From: a virus
Taxonomy: Duplodnaviria; Caudoviricetes
Virus record (IMG/VR): IMGVR_UViG_3300036783_000353
Location: 1 to 49,454 of that record
DNA: 49,454 bases
Strand: one strand, 5' to 3'
The notes below the pieces were generated by a model. It worked only from the letters and a program-made list of their open reading frames with translations. It ran no database searches and was not told the origin of the DNA. The position numbers and the translations under genes are program-made. Shown in pieces: positions 10,003 to 20,002 of this stretch. Position 1 is the stretch's first letter. Every line of letters starts with the position of its first letter.

Positions 10003-10295
10003 CAGAAAATCCCTCGTGGCGTTTTGAATTTCAGCAGCTCTCTAAACTGAGCTGCTGTTTTCAGATTTATTCCGGTATCAAGCCAGATTTCGGAGAATCC
10101 AGCGGCTGCGGTGTAGTCCAGGATGCTGCTGATGACGTGCTCCCCGTCTCGCCAGAACTGTCGGCTGGCTTCAACGTCGGCAATGAACGCATCCAGTCCG
10201 TAAGACTCAAGGACGAAATTTGACTGTTCCACATTCCATTGACTTCGTTCATCAACCCATTCGCCTGAGCAGGCTTGTTTATCGACGAGACGCAT
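10002..10295 (-). CDS. Tail assembly chaperone, probable -1 frameshift extension
   Basis: The -1 frame is open from a T8 run (10298-10305) to a stop that overlaps the tape measure start (TGATG). Confidence 0.5.
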   Translation of the reverse strand: MRLVDKQACSGEWVDERSQWNVEQSNFVLESYGLDAFIADVEASRQFWRDGEHVISSILDYTAAAGFSEIWLDTGINLKTAAQFRELLKFKTPRGIF

Positions 10296-10684
10296 GTAAA
10301 AAAAACCAGCTCGCCGATCACTTCATCGAGTTCAACGATCTCGCGCTCTAGCGCCACGTCCAGAGGCTTGGTGTCCCACCCTTTCCCTTCAACCGGGTAC
10401 ACCAGATTCGACAGGCGAATAATCTCATTCACAAGCGTATTGCGTACACCGTTCGGGCCATCCCAGGCTTTATCGTTAGTGCAGATCCGCTCCAGCATCA
10501 GGTAAGCCACTCGAGGACCAGCCACCACGCCAAGCCCCTCTGAAAAAATGGCGGAAAATGTTTTGCTGAGTACGAAGAAATGTTCCCGGTAAATTTCTTT
10601 TGAAATGGGTGCTGCGTGGATAAATGCCGCCCCCATCTCGGTTTCAACGGGGATAATAAGATTCATATTTCGAGAGATTTTCAT
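10067..10684 (-). CDS. Tail assembly chaperone
   Basis: Between tail tube and tape measure genes; likely start MKISRN overlapping the tube stop codon. Confidence 0.7.
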   Translation of the reverse strand: MKISRNMNLIIPVETEMGAAFIHAAPISKEIYREHFFVLSKTFSAIFSEGLGVVAGPRVAYLMLERICTNDKAWDGPNGVRNTLVNEIIRLSNLVYPVEGKGWDTKPLDVALEREIVELDEVIGELVFFTCVSSINKPAQANGLMNEVNGMWNSQISSLSLTDWMRSLPTLKPADSSGETGSTSSAASWTTPQPLDSPKSGLIPE

Positions 10685-11124
10685 CAGATATCCCACATTT
10701 CCGAGTTGATGTAATAGGTTCCCGTAATCGTAATGGCAACGCCCGGCTGCCCCCCGGCAAAGCTCATGTCCTGCACATTCGTAATGGCTGTATTTAGCAC
10801 TTCAAAATCGCCAAAAGTTGAACTGTCTGAGTAGATTTTTGCATCCCCGATCGCAGTGTTTGTCTCCCATTGGGATTTGTACTGTGCTGCGAGCGCCTGG
10901 CTGCGAACAAGGTGAACTTTCGCCTGCATGATCAGATAAGGCTGTGGCGACTGGACTGCGCCAGTCATTGCAGGTAGGAAGTCAGTCATGTTCCCCTGGA
11001 AAACCAGTTCAACGCCCTCTTTAGCGAGGTAAGACGCGGAAACGTTGAGTTCCGAATGGTCGGTAAATTTGATGCTGGCGCGGACGCGGTTAAGCACGCC
11101 AACCGGAATCATTGGATTTGGCAC
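10684..11124 (-). CDS. Tail tube protein
   Basis: 146 aa beta-rich protein directly after the sheath gene. Confidence 0.75.
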   Translation of the reverse strand: MPNPMIPVGVLNRVRASIKFTDHSELNVSASYLAKEGVELVFQGNMTDFLPAMTGAVQSPQPYLIMQAKVHLVRSQALAAQYKSQWETNTAIGDAKIYSDSSTFGDFEVLNTAITNVQDMSFAGGQPGVAITITGTYYINSEMWDI

Positions 11125-11137
11125 GGTTCAACTCCTT

Positions 11138-12469
11138 TTAGGAAATCTGCATGGTCACGTTGATGTTGAAGGTGATCGCGGTGAAACCGCGCATTGGCGT
11201 GTAAGTCGCAGACAGGCCAGCGTAACGACCAATTCCATAGTCGTTCGGGTTGTCTTTGGTGTACTGCTTGAACGAAATCGCGTTCACTGGTGTCTGGCCG
11301 TTCACCAGTCCATAAGACACGCCAGTGTTGAACACGCCCTGAGCAACCATCTGGAGGCGGTCGATACCATCCTGGTTGTAATACAGCGGGTTGATCGAGT
11401 TGTTGCTGCCGTTGATCACGGCATTTGCCAGCATCATATCGACGTTGATTTGCACCCAATCGACGCTGTACCAGTACGTCATGTCCTGGCCGTCGCTGGT
11501 AACACCTTTCACCAGGATGGTGTTCGAAATCCCGCCCTCGGCCCCGGTGTCCACGTAGTTGATGTTCTGGGCCACCATCGTTTTAAGGATGTTGTCTTTC
11601 GATTTATTGGCGTTGACGGCCTGCAGGAAGCGGAATGCCATCGGCGGCACTTTGTTTACTTCAGAGGGCGATGCAGAGACGAAATTCCACATTGCGGCCG
11701 CCGCCGCGTTGGTCGCCGGATAGCTGTCATCGGCCATCGCCACAATGGACTTGATGCTGCTGTACGGAGTCACGTAATTCGTATCGCCCGGAGTGTCTTC
11801 CAGCACGAAGAAATATTGCTTCGCGTCATTCGCCGTATAGAGTTTTGCCAGCGTGATGAAATCGGTATCACCCTTCCACGCTTCCGGCACCAGATACGCA
11901 TAGAAGCGCTTAAGCGGCATCTGCATGTACTCTTTTAGCGCTGCCACCTCATCACCTACAACATCGTCTTGATACCCCAGCTCCAGCAGGTAGGTGCCCA
12001 CTGATTGCTTGCCCTGCCCGAAGAAGGTATCACTCGCGACAACCAGGTCCTCGCTTCCGCCGATCGAGAACTGGCCCAGCGTCGTCGGCGAACCGTCCAG
12101 CGTCGAGCTACTGTCACTCCATGTCAGCGTGCCGAGAATGCCCAGAGTCGCCGTAAACGTGCCATTCCAGGCAGATGGCGAACAGCCAGAGATTGTGATT
12201 TCAATTTCGCTTCCCGGATCGCGGTCAATCGTTTTCCCCTGTGGCAAGGTAAGCGTAAATTCGCAGTCGAAAGAGGACAGCTCGGCTGTCAGCGTGCCGA
12301 TCGGGATTTTTACCAGGTCGTTGATATCCGAATCCTGAGTGAGCAATACCGGCTGCCCTGGCTCCTGCAACGTCGCGCCAAAGGACAATATTGCTGACAT
12401 CTGCTGAAGATTGGACGGCGTGGCGCCAATCGTCTGCGAGACGTTAACAGTGACAATTTCGTAGCCCAT
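11138..12469 (-). CDS. Tail sheath protein (DUF3383-like)
   Basis: 443 aa; WYSVDWVQIN and PLYYNQDGIDRLQ...GVSYGL sheath C-terminal motifs. Confidence 0.8.
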   Translation of the reverse strand: MGYEIVTVNVSQTIGATPSNLQQMSAILSFGATLQEPGQPVLLTQDSDINDLVKIPIGTLTAELSSFDCEFTLTLPQGKTIDRDPGSEIEITISGCSPSAWNGTFTATLGILGTLTWSDSSSTLDGSPTTLGQFSIGGSEDLVVASDTFFGQGKQSVGTYLLELGYQDDVVGDEVAALKEYMQMPLKRFYAYLVPEAWKGDTDFITLAKLYTANDAKQYFFVLEDTPGDTNYVTPYSSIKSIVAMADDSYPATNAAAAAMWNFVSASPSEVNKVPPMAFRFLQAVNANKSKDNILKTMVAQNINYVDTGAEGGISNTILVKGVTSDGQDMTYWYSVDWVQINVDMMLANAVINGSNNSINPLYYNQDGIDRLQMVAQGVFNTGVSYGLVNGQTPVNAISFKQYTKDNPNDYGIGRYAGLSATYTPMRGFTAITFNINVTMQIS

Positions 12470-13413
12470 TATTTTACCTCGTAGTTGAAAATGACTTCTT
12501 TGATAAGCTGCTGAGAGATGTCTCGCGTCGTGGCCTGGTAGTAGTTCACGTCAAAATCCACGATTTTCTTTTTCGCCAGCGCGTTGATTTCCACCTGGTT
12601 CGATTTGGCATCGCTGACGATCGGAACGTTGGTGATACCGAACTCCTCATCTTCAAGCGCTTTAGCCACCACAAAATCGACGAAATCCAGCGCCTTTTGG
12701 TTGCTGAAGCCGTAGAGCGTGACGCGGACTGAATCCTGTGCGAACTGATAGCGCCGTCCATCACGGTTGATCGGTGCCAGCTGTAGCGGCTGCGTGGCGC
12801 GAACGTCGGCAGCGATATACGGCGGTTTCAGGTTGGTCGGCACCAGAAAGGACGGGTAGACCGTGGCGAACTGCCTCAGCGCCAGCCAGATGGGAGTGCT
12901 GTTCGAGATAATTTGCTCATCGCTGATATCGTCCGGGCTGTCGATAATCTGCGACCGCATTGTGGGAAGGATCGCCATACCCCGATAGTGGAAAATGCCG
13001 GATTGGGTATACCGGCTTTCCATCCGGGAGAAAGCAAACTGCGTCCCCTCGTATTCGCCCAGGTAAATCCCGTTCGGGTCCTCAATGTTAAAATCGTCAG
13101 CCTTCGCGATGGGCGTGAAGATGATGTTGTTAATGTCACGGGAGACGCTTTCTGACTGCTCAGAAACCACCTGCCGATGGAGGCTGCCCTTAATCGTCGC
13201 AACCAGAGGATTGGTGATCCCCATTCGTTCCAGCTCATCCGGCTCGATAATCGCCGCGTTAATCCAGTAAACGAAACCGTCCAGCGGGAGAACCTGACGC
13301 ACATAAAGGCGAAAGGTAATTTCCTGACCAGATGAAATGGTTTCGACGGCAGACTGGAGTACGCTGGAAAGCTGGGTGCCGGTACTTTCGGCAATTTCAT
13401 CAAGACTCGGCAT
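12469..13413 (-). CDS. Neck / tail terminator protein
   Basis: Position between head-tail genes and sheath. Confidence 0.55.
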   Translation of the reverse strand: MPSLDEIAESTGTQLSSVLQSAVETISSGQEITFRLYVRQVLPLDGFVYWINAAIIEPDELERMGITNPLVATIKGSLHRQVVSEQSESVSRDINNIIFTPIAKADDFNIEDPNGIYLGEYEGTQFAFSRMESRYTQSGIFHYRGMAILPTMRSQIIDSPDDISDEQIISNSTPIWLALRQFATVYPSFLVPTNLKPPYIAADVRATQPLQLAPINRDGRRYQFAQDSVRVTLYGFSNQKALDFVDFVVAKALEDEEFGITNVPIVSDAKSNQVEINALAKKKIVDFDVNYYQATTRDISQQLIKEVIFNYEVK

Positions 13414-13828
13414 CGTTACCTATCCATGCAACAAAGGAGGATTTGAACAGCCCCCCATCGATAAACGACGGTCGCCGTTCGCCGCGCTCAATCTTCAGAC
13501 GAGAATTTTTACCCTCCAGCGCGGCCAGTGTCGGCACGCCATCAACGGACAGCCCCGCCATTTCCTCGCCTTCGAGAAATACGTTGAACGCTTTCATGGT
13601 TTCACCCAGCAGCTCGCCGCCCGGCATCGGTGCGCCGTACTGGATGTGGTTGATGAGAGCGTAGGCAAGCGCCTCACCCACTTCAGGGACGATCTGCTTT
13701 TGGTGCAGCTCCCAGAAGTGAGTGAACAGCTTGTAGCGCTCCTGCAGGTCTTCAGCGACTTCGTAGGTAGTAGCCGGGTTGTCGCCGTAGTCGTAAGGAA
13801 TATCGATGACGCCCAGGCAGACTTTCAC
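13400..13828 (-). CDS. Neck / tail completion protein
   Basis: C-terminal RPSFIDGGLFKSS resembles the PLIDTG.L..S neck motif; synteny. Confidence 0.6.
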   Translation of the reverse strand: MKVCLGVIDIPYDYGDNPATTYEVAEDLQERYKLFTHFWELHQKQIVPEVGEALAYALINHIQYGAPMPGGELLGETMKAFNVFLEGEEMAGLSVDGVPTLAALEGKNSRLKIERGERRPSFIDGGLFKSSFVAWIGNDAES

Positions 13829-14277
13829 GGTGTTAACCCCCAGACATTCCCCAGCTCCATCAGCACTGCGGCAGCGGCCCGGCCATATGGATCCTGCAAC
13901 ATCATCAGGTCGGCCAGAGAGAGATTGCTCAGCGCGTCGCTGATGGCCATCGAGCCAGAAGTGCCCTGATCTGCGGCTGAGTTAACCAGGCCGTATATCG
14001 GAGTATTCAGGTTCAGTTTCTTTCTCTGATCGGCAAAGAAGGTGCTGGGCGGCGTATCACTGGCAAAGCGCAGGAGCAGTGAGCCACCGGCGTTGTATAC
14101 GGTGTTCGTGTAGATAATGGGGAGGAACTGCAACCCCATCCCCATCGGTACCAATTCCAGCGCCGACTTGTAGCAACACAGTAGCGTGGGATCGTCGTCG
14201 GAGATGGCGGTATCAGGCACGCCCATTACGCCACGAACGAAACGGACGTATCCGTCAAACGTCGGGCAAATGGTCAT
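13825..14277 (-). CDS. Head-tail adaptor (DUF4054-like)
   Basis: GLVNSAAD.GTSGS...PYGR motif; synteny. Confidence 0.6.
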   Translation of the reverse strand: MTICPTFDGYVRFVRGVMGVPDTAISDDDPTLLCCYKSALELVPMGMGLQFLPIIYTNTVYNAGGSLLLRFASDTPPSTFFADQRKKLNLNTPIYGLVNSAADQGTSGSMAISDALSNLSLADLMMLQDPYGRAAAAVLMELGNVWGLTP

Positions 14278-14747
14278 TATTTTTTCACCTGAACTTTTTT
14301 ATCGATTTTCGCCGGGTTTGGCTGGTCCTGATCAATGGCTTCGCCTTTGATTTCCATCTGAATGCCGTCTGCCAGTGGTGATTCACCGCCCTGGATAATG
14401 GCGTTGTCCACAGCTACATCGAGTGCTACTGCACTTGCCTCAAGGATTTGCTGAGATTGGTTGTCGAGGTTTTCGATTTTCTGCTCAAAGTTTTCGATGA
14501 TTTCGGAAGAGCTGGCCTCTTTCTCAATCGAGTAGCAAATCCCAGAGAAGTTTTTATCCACCTGGTCTTTGGGCTGGAAACCATAGGGTTCGTGCTGCCT
14601 GATGATATGAGCGATTACCTCAGGGGGTTGCTCGATGGGATGCTGCTTACCAGATGGGATAGTCACACCGAAGGACTGTAATTTTTCCGGCAGTTTGTAA
14701 TTGAAGGTGTGGGCCTGACGAGAGCAGTTGATGACAAAAAGCTTCAT
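14277..14747 (-). CDS. Hypothetical virion-associated protein
   Basis: Conserved position after the major capsid gene; SD GAGG. Confidence 0.6.
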   Translation of the reverse strand: MKLFVINCSRQAHTFNYKLPEKLQSFGVTIPSGKQHPIEQPPEVIAHIIRQHEPYGFQPKDQVDKNFSGICYSIEKEASSSEIIENFEQKIENLDNQSQQILEASAVALDVAVDNAIIQGGESPLADGIQMEIKGEAIDQDQPNPAKIDKKVQVKK

Positions 14748-14758
14748 GGTTTTTCCTC

Positions 14759-14785
14759 AAAAAAATGGGGAGCTAATGCTCCCCA
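14759..14785 (-). terminator. Terminator after major capsid gene
   Basis: TGGGGAGC-ATTA-GCTCCCCA followed by a T run on the minus strand. Confidence 0.8.
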
Positions 14786-14813
14786 AATCGACCAGACGTT
14801 TTAAACGAGGTTT

Positions 14814-15842
14814 TTACTGATATTTCGCGGACAGCAAGGTCACGCCTTCCGGACGGAAGTTCCAGCCCGGAGTCGAGCGCATGGTGTACAGCGTGGTAAG
14901 ACCGCCATCTGGCATCGGAGACGGGATCTCAGTTGGCGCGGCGACATCGCAGAACATGACGTTCACCGCCTGCTGATTCGGCGTCAGAGTGGCGAAGATA
15001 TTGGTATTAATATCCTGTCGCGCATCCGGTACCACCAGCTCAGGGTTGGTCACAACGATCAGGTCAGTACCGCCAGCACCTTTGCCAATCAGCGTATCGT
15101 CCTGACAGAACAGCACATCATCACCGCTCGCGCTTTTCGCAATGGCTTTAATCATGCCACCGGTCGTATCAGTACCGGCTCCTGGACGCTGGTAACTGGT
15201 CAGTTCAACGACCCCAGTCCATTCCAGTGCTTTCATGAAGCGCTGAGGGCAAAGTACAACCGTGGTCAACGGCTGCCCCAGCAACATCATTTTGGTTTTC
15301 TGATCAGCAATCAGCCCCAGCATAAACTTAGCCATTTCACCCGCATCCCAGGTGGTGTAGGTGTCATTGCCCTGGCTGTCACTTCCGAGGTTGAGCGTTG
15401 TTGCGCTCGGGGAATTGGTAATCCCCTCGTTGTTGGATGCCTTCACGCCGTAAAGCAGCATATTACGCATCTGCTGGGCATGACCCTGACGGTTTGCCAG
15501 ACGCAGGCCATCTGTCAGTGAATAGCCCCAGCGGTTAGCCGCATCGGTATCCAGATAACTGTATTGTGAGCGGGTTGAAATACGATAGGTCATCATCTGG
15601 TCGTAACCGCCAGTGATGGTAGCTGACGGCAGCTGACCAGGGAGAGACTGGCCTACATGCGCCTGTGTCGTTGCGCGGAGGTATTTCTGGTAAACGACGA
15701 GGTCGCTTGAACCAATTTTCACCGTCGGTGCAGAGCCAGGCAAAATATCGAATGCGCCGGATGCCATGCTGTACTGCATGATAATTTCCGGCAGCATCAT
15801 CGATGGCGATACTGTGGTAATCGCAGGTGCGAATGCGCTCAT
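14814..15842 (-). CDS. Major capsid protein
   Basis: 342 aa after scaffold and decoration genes, strong SD AAGGAG, followed by a terminator; LLYG....NNEGITN motif. Confidence 0.85.
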   Translation of the reverse strand: MSAFAPAITTVSPSMMLPEIIMQYSMASGAFDILPGSAPTVKIGSSDLVVYQKYLRATTQAHVGQSLPGQLPSATITGGYDQMMTYRISTRSQYSYLDTDAANRWGYSLTDGLRLANRQGHAQQMRNMLLYGVKASNNEGITNSPSATTLNLGSDSQGNDTYTTWDAGEMAKFMLGLIADQKTKMMLLGQPLTTVVLCPQRFMKALEWTGVVELTSYQRPGAGTDTTGGMIKAIAKSASGDDVLFCQDDTLIGKGAGGTDLIVVTNPELVVPDARQDINTNIFATLTPNQQAVNVMFCDVAAPTEIPSPMPDGGLTTLYTMRSTPGWNFRPEGVTLLSAKYQ

Positions 15843-15852
15843 TACTTACTCC

Positions 15853-16473
15853 TTAAATTAAGAACAGGCCACACGGCTTATCGGTGTTCCAGATCACGTT
15901 GCCGCTGGTCTCTTTTTCGACGGTCAGGTTGCCCAGCATGGAGACCATCAGCAGCTGGATGTTTACTTTCGGGTTCGCTGAAGTAGCGCTCGAGTAAACA
16001 TCGATGACGTTATTTGTCAGATCCCACACGAAACCATCAGCGCCCACCGCTTCATTACCGCTGTTAGCGAGTGCTGCAACGGCCTGGCTCACTGGAAGAG
16101 GAATTCGGGCACCGGACCCAATGCGGAAGTAGTGAACTGATCCACCAGCGAGGTACAGCGGTACCGGATTCCCTGCCGTGGTAATGCCGTGATAGGCCTG
16201 GTTAACCACCGAGAACGCATTACAGACGGATGCTGTTGCGAGCTTAATGCGCGAACCAGCGACATTTTCGTCAGGCTTAGCGATGCATTCCATAACGCCT
16301 ACGCCACCCCAGATCGGTGCTGCGAGCGCATCATCCAGAGAACCAGAACACAGCTGCAGGCGAATAGCAGGATCGTCCTGAGCATCGCCTTGCGTCAGAC
16401 CACGCGATTCGACATTAAACATGCCCGCGAAAGAACCTTGTGTTTTGAAAGGATCGAGATTAATTGCGGCCAT
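15853..16473 (-). CDS. Capsid decoration/cement protein
   Basis: Between scaffold and capsid; PIWGGVGV and VHYFRIGSGARIPL motifs. Confidence 0.65.
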   Translation of the reverse strand: MAAINLDPFKTQGSFAGMFNVESRGLTQGDAQDDPAIRLQLCSGSLDDALAAPIWGGVGVMECIAKPDENVAGSRIKLATASVCNAFSVVNQAYHGITTAGNPVPLYLAGGSVHYFRIGSGARIPLPVSQAVAALANSGNEAVGADGFVWDLTNNVIDVYSSATSANPKVNIQLLMVSMLGNLTVEKETSGNVIWNTDKPCGLFLI

Positions 16474-17797
16474 TGTTCAGGCTCCCTTGAGTATTAAGTT
16501 TTGACATGACGCGCGGCTGAGTCTGGAACGCTGCCAGCCACACGCGCGGATCGCCCTGATATTCGGTAATCATGCGGCCAGCTTCATCGCTGCGAACACG
16601 CTTGTTCAGGTGGCCCTGAGTGTTGTTCATTTCGTCCTCAATGGAGGAACGAGCCGCCCCGTAAATTGCTTCTTCCAGGACTGAGAGCGTCGCCGAGTCA
16701 GCAATGGCACGAATATCTACATCAGCATGTTTTGGCGCATGCTTCTGCATGGCGATCAGAACACGCTTGCGATAATCCATAGATTTTTCGCCAGAGAATG
16801 GGGGTGGGGCTTTTTTGCCACATGCGGTGTAAGCGGAGTCAGCTTTTACCTGTGCTTCAGTCATAGCGGCATCAGCCTTTTTCTGTTCCTCCTCGTCGGC
16901 TTTGGCCTTTTCTTCGGCATCAGCCTTCGCTTTTTCTTCCGCTTCAGCATCAGCTTTGGCCTTCTCTTCATCGGCCTTTTTCTGCGCTTCTGCTTCATCG
17001 GCTTTACGCTGCTCTTCCTCAGCGGCATCAGCCTTTTTCTTTTCTTCTTCGTCAGCCTTAGTCTTCTCTTCGGCCTGTTTTTTGGCCTCATCGTCAGCAT
17101 CAGCTCGCGCTTTATACCCGTTCTCCAGTGAATCCATTCGAGCGGAAATTGTTTCAAACCCCTTACTCACACCACCCAACGCGTCGCCTACTACTTTTGC
17201 GACGATGCTTTCGAGCATTTTTTCGTCCATATCAATGTCACCTTTGTTAGAAACCTCGACCCCTGCGGGGATCTTTTCTTTGTCCCACACTCCCAAAGAG
17301 CCGTGGTCCTCTGTTACCAGGGCGATGTGGTCGACCAGGAACGGCACACCTTCAATAAGAAAGTTTGTATCACCGTCCTGTACCTCCACACTGCCTGATG
17401 CGTTGTTGAACACGACCGCCGGGCTGGTGGATACCTTGCCCGTTGCGATTTGTTCGACGATGTCCCGGATGTAAATCCGACAAACCGCCCAAATTTCATC
17501 GCCCCGGATATATGGCAACATTACGGAACCAACTATTCGCTCCGTAAATTCCTGCTCATTGAGGACGGCCTCACCGGGATGGTTTGCGATTACCGGCAGT
17601 CCATTGCAGCGCTGTAGAAACTCGTCGTTCAGGTAGAGCTTTGGGTCTCGCCAGACGTGTTCCTTCAACCCCGTTCGGTAGGCCAGCCCGGTCCCCGTTA
17701 TGCGCAGATTAACCAGCCACATATTCGAAAACTTCATCGGTGACGGGGCTGTGCCATCCCGTATGCGCTGGGCTAATTCAAACTCTGTTAAATTCAC
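16460..17797 (-). CDS. Prohead protease/scaffold (DUF2213-like)
   Basis: GLPVIANHP, VSTSP and DHIALV motifs, then a charged KAD(A/E)EE repeat coiled coil. Confidence 0.8.
   Translation of the reverse strand: MNLTEFELAQRIRDGTAPSPMKFSNMWLVNLRITGTGLAYRTGLKEHVWRDPKLYLNDEFLQRCNGLPVIANHPGEAVLNEQEFTERIVGSVMLPYIRGDEIWAVCRIYIRDIVEQIATGKVSTSPAVVFNNASGSVEVQDGDTNFLIEGVPFLVDHIALVTEDHGSLGVWDKEKIPAGVEVSNKGDIDMDEKMLESIVAKVVGDALGGVSKGFETISARMDSLENGYKARADADDEAKKQAEEKTKADEEEKKKADAAEEEQRKADEAEAQKKADEEKAKADAEAEEKAKADAEEKAKADEEEQKKADAAMTEAQVKADSAYTACGKKAPPPFSGEKSMDYRKRVLIAMQKHAPKHADVDIRAIADSATLSVLEEAIYGAARSSIEDEMNNTQGHLNKRVRSDEAGRMITEYQGDPRVWLAAFQTQPRVMSKLNTQGSLNNGRN
16890..17110 (-). repeat. Degenerate coding repeats (KAD-A/E-EE units) in scaffold
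   Basis: About nine RAD/KAD-centred units in the translation; boundaries approximate. Confidence 0.7.
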
Positions 17798-18608
17798 GTT
17801 TTCCCTTCTCCGTTAAAAATTCGATGGGCAGTTTTTGAGGCGCATAAATCGGGAATACCTGGCAGCTGCAATACACCTCTTCGCCTGCTGCTGTGATTTC
17901 GTCGTAGAAACCGTTAACGGGTTTAATCAGCCCCTGCTCGACAGCCCATGAATCACGCAGCAGATAAATCAACGTGTCCCGGTCTTTATGATCAACGCGG
18001 TAGTCATAGCCGGGTCGCCGCCAGTTCGAATGCCAAACAAAAGCAATTGCCCCGCTCTGCACCGAAAGCAGATATTTCACATTGCTGGTGAGCTTGTGGC
18101 CCTGGTCTATTGCCACCCGGCGGCTAATGAAATCCAAATCAGATACCGATTTCCGCATCGCGGATTTCTGAGCGTTTTTGTTGATCTCACTGACTCCGTC
18201 CGGCGGGATCGATGATACCCAGCCCTGGAATCGCTGAACCGTGCGTTCAATTGCCTGATCACGGTTCAACTGGATGAGGTTGGCGCTTGAAAAAATGCGT
18301 TTATTGAGTTCTTCACGAAACTGTGGCTTTAGCTTATCGAGGGTGACTCGCGTCGGGCCTTCGGGAGGCTGGTCTTTCAGTGCACCACCATCGACGACGA
18401 GGCGGCTGTATATGGCGGTGAGATGCTTACGAGCGACTTCCGGGCTGGGTGACTCTCTGGTGGCGGCAACACGCAGTTTGCGGGACCATTCGAGCAATGA
18501 TTTCTCAGAGTCCCAGCCTTTATTGACGTAATGATTAATCGCTTCGGTCAGCACCTCATAGAGGCTTTTACTTTTCCTCTTTTTCGCCGCCTGGCTCTTC
18601 TTCGCCAT
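17778..18608 (-). CDS. Head morphogenesis protein (Mu gpF/SPP1 gp7-like)
   Basis: RRVAIDQGHKL, FVWHS..R...R.DH and AGEEVYCSC motifs; follows the portal gene. Confidence 0.8.
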   Translation of the reverse strand: MAKKSQAAKKRKSKSLYEVLTEAINHYVNKGWDSEKSLLEWSRKLRVAATRESPSPEVARKHLTAIYSRLVVDGGALKDQPPEGPTRVTLDKLKPQFREELNKRIFSSANLIQLNRDQAIERTVQRFQGWVSSIPPDGVSEINKNAQKSAMRKSVSDLDFISRRVAIDQGHKLTSNVKYLLSVQSGAIAFVWHSNWRRPGYDYRVDHKDRDTLIYLLRDSWAVEQGLIKPVNGFYDEITAAGEEVYCSCQVFPIYAPQKLPIEFLTEKGKREFNRV

Positions 18609-19989
18609 TTGGTTGCTCCGGAGGTGGTGGGATGAAGTTGGCCAGCGCTTCTAAATCGATGATGAGAGGGAAATCACCATAGGTCTGGGTACCGTTAACG
18701 ATCCCGGCCACCCAATCAGCAAGCGTTGCCCTGTTCTCTGGGTCCATAGTCGGAGACAACGCGGTATAGAGTGCCACAGCCTGCTGTATTACCTTGCTGT
18801 CTGCGTCGCGGCGCTTGTCCGGGGATTCATCGACGAGCTCCTGCCATTTGGCGCTAAACTCACGTTTCCACTTCTGAAACATGGTCTGGTAATCATCCAG
18901 AATGATGTCTGGATAGTCGTTTTTCAGCGCCTTGTAGAAGTCCTCACTCCACGCGATGTACATCACCAGCTTTTCGAAGAAATCCATCACCGGCTCGATT
19001 TTCTGCCGCACACCATCGATGTACTGGCTAATGGCTTTCGAGTCTTCGCTCCCCTCGCTCCATCCTTTCGAAAATGCTTCCTCTTTCAGAAGAATTGCCG
19101 GGACATCGCTGCCGGTGGCGATGTTCGAAATAATGTCGTCACGCGATGTGGTGAGCGCTTTATCGATGTTCTGAAGGTTCAGAGATTCGATATCATCTTC
19201 ATGGCCAACGTTGATTACCCCGCTGTTCCGCGCCAGCTTGACCACTTCACGCTTAAATTTCGAAGCTGCGGCCATAATGCCGTTGGCGATCGAACCATTC
19301 TGTTTAATCTTCGCCACCAGAACACCGGCCTTCTGACTAACGAGATCATCCGCCTGCATCGTCCCAACGAAAGATTTCATGGGGAAAAGGACGCGCTGGA
19401 AAACGCTACGACCAGTGAAGCCAAAAGCCGAATTCTGATATTCGAGATAAATTGGCGTGCCGTTGAAAACTTTCAGCGTTCGTGACTTGTGCCAGTTTTT
19501 CCCGTTTATCTTCAGGGTTTTCTTTGGCTCCTGAAAAAATGGGCTGTTTGGGTTTTGATCCGTAACCATCGAACCTGACGCATTGAGAGGATCCCAGACG
19601 TTGATGTAAACCTCATCCTCACGCAGGCCAAATGTTGGCAGTGGTGAACTGCAACCGGTACTAATGGTTCCCACGCCAATCGCCGCAGCGCCGTAACAGC
19701 GAGAAACAAAGAAGAAATTCTTTATTTTTTCGTTGATCCCCATCCGCTCCCACGTATCACGAAACTGCGTGATAACGCGCTCGTCCGGGTCGGTGTCTAC
19801 GTTGTACTGGCGCGGCTTGCACATCGCCATTTCGATGGGCTTTTCTACCAGCTTGCCGCCTAGCGGGTGATACTGCCAAAGCAGCTTACACAGCTCATAG
19901 CCGACATCTGTCCCCGGTTGAATTCCTTCATGGTCGAGAATTTTTGTCAGCTCGGAACTGATGTTGTTATTGAACTGAATTTCAGCCAT
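18568..19989 (-). CDS. Portal protein (DUF1073-like)
   Basis: 473 aa directly after TerL; SRCYGAAAI, FTGRSVFQ and IATGSDVPAILL motifs. Confidence 0.85.
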   Translation of the reverse strand: MAEIQFNNNISSELTKILDHEGIQPGTDVGYELCKLLWQYHPLGGKLVEKPIEMAMCKPRQYNVDTDPDERVITQFRDTWERMGINEKIKNFFFVSRCYGAAAIGVGTISTGCSSPLPTFGLREDEVYINVWDPLNASGSMVTDQNPNSPFFQEPKKTLKINGKNWHKSRTLKVFNGTPIYLEYQNSAFGFTGRSVFQRVLFPMKSFVGTMQADDLVSQKAGVLVAKIKQNGSIANGIMAAASKFKREVVKLARNSGVINVGHEDDIESLNLQNIDKALTTSRDDIISNIATGSDVPAILLKEEAFSKGWSEGSEDSKAISQYIDGVRQKIEPVMDFFEKLVMYIAWSEDFYKALKNDYPDIILDDYQTMFQKWKREFSAKWQELVDESPDKRRDADSKVIQQAVALYTALSPTMDPENRATLADWVAGIVNGTQTYGDFPLIIDLEALANFIPPPPEQPNGEEEPGGEKEEK

Positions 19990-20002
19990 CAGAATTCCCT
20001 GT

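Noticed and set aside
11045-11938. 297-aa plus-strand ORF
   Set aside because: Antisense shadow of the sheath gene; no motifs and no clear RBS.
16902-17474. Ser/Ala/Phe-rich 190-aa plus-strand ORF
   Set aside because: Reverse complement of the KAD/EE scaffold repeats.
18568-19989. Anti-CBASS Acb1 label sometimes attached to DUF1073 proteins
   Set aside because: Size and position between TerL and the head morphogenesis gene indicate the portal.
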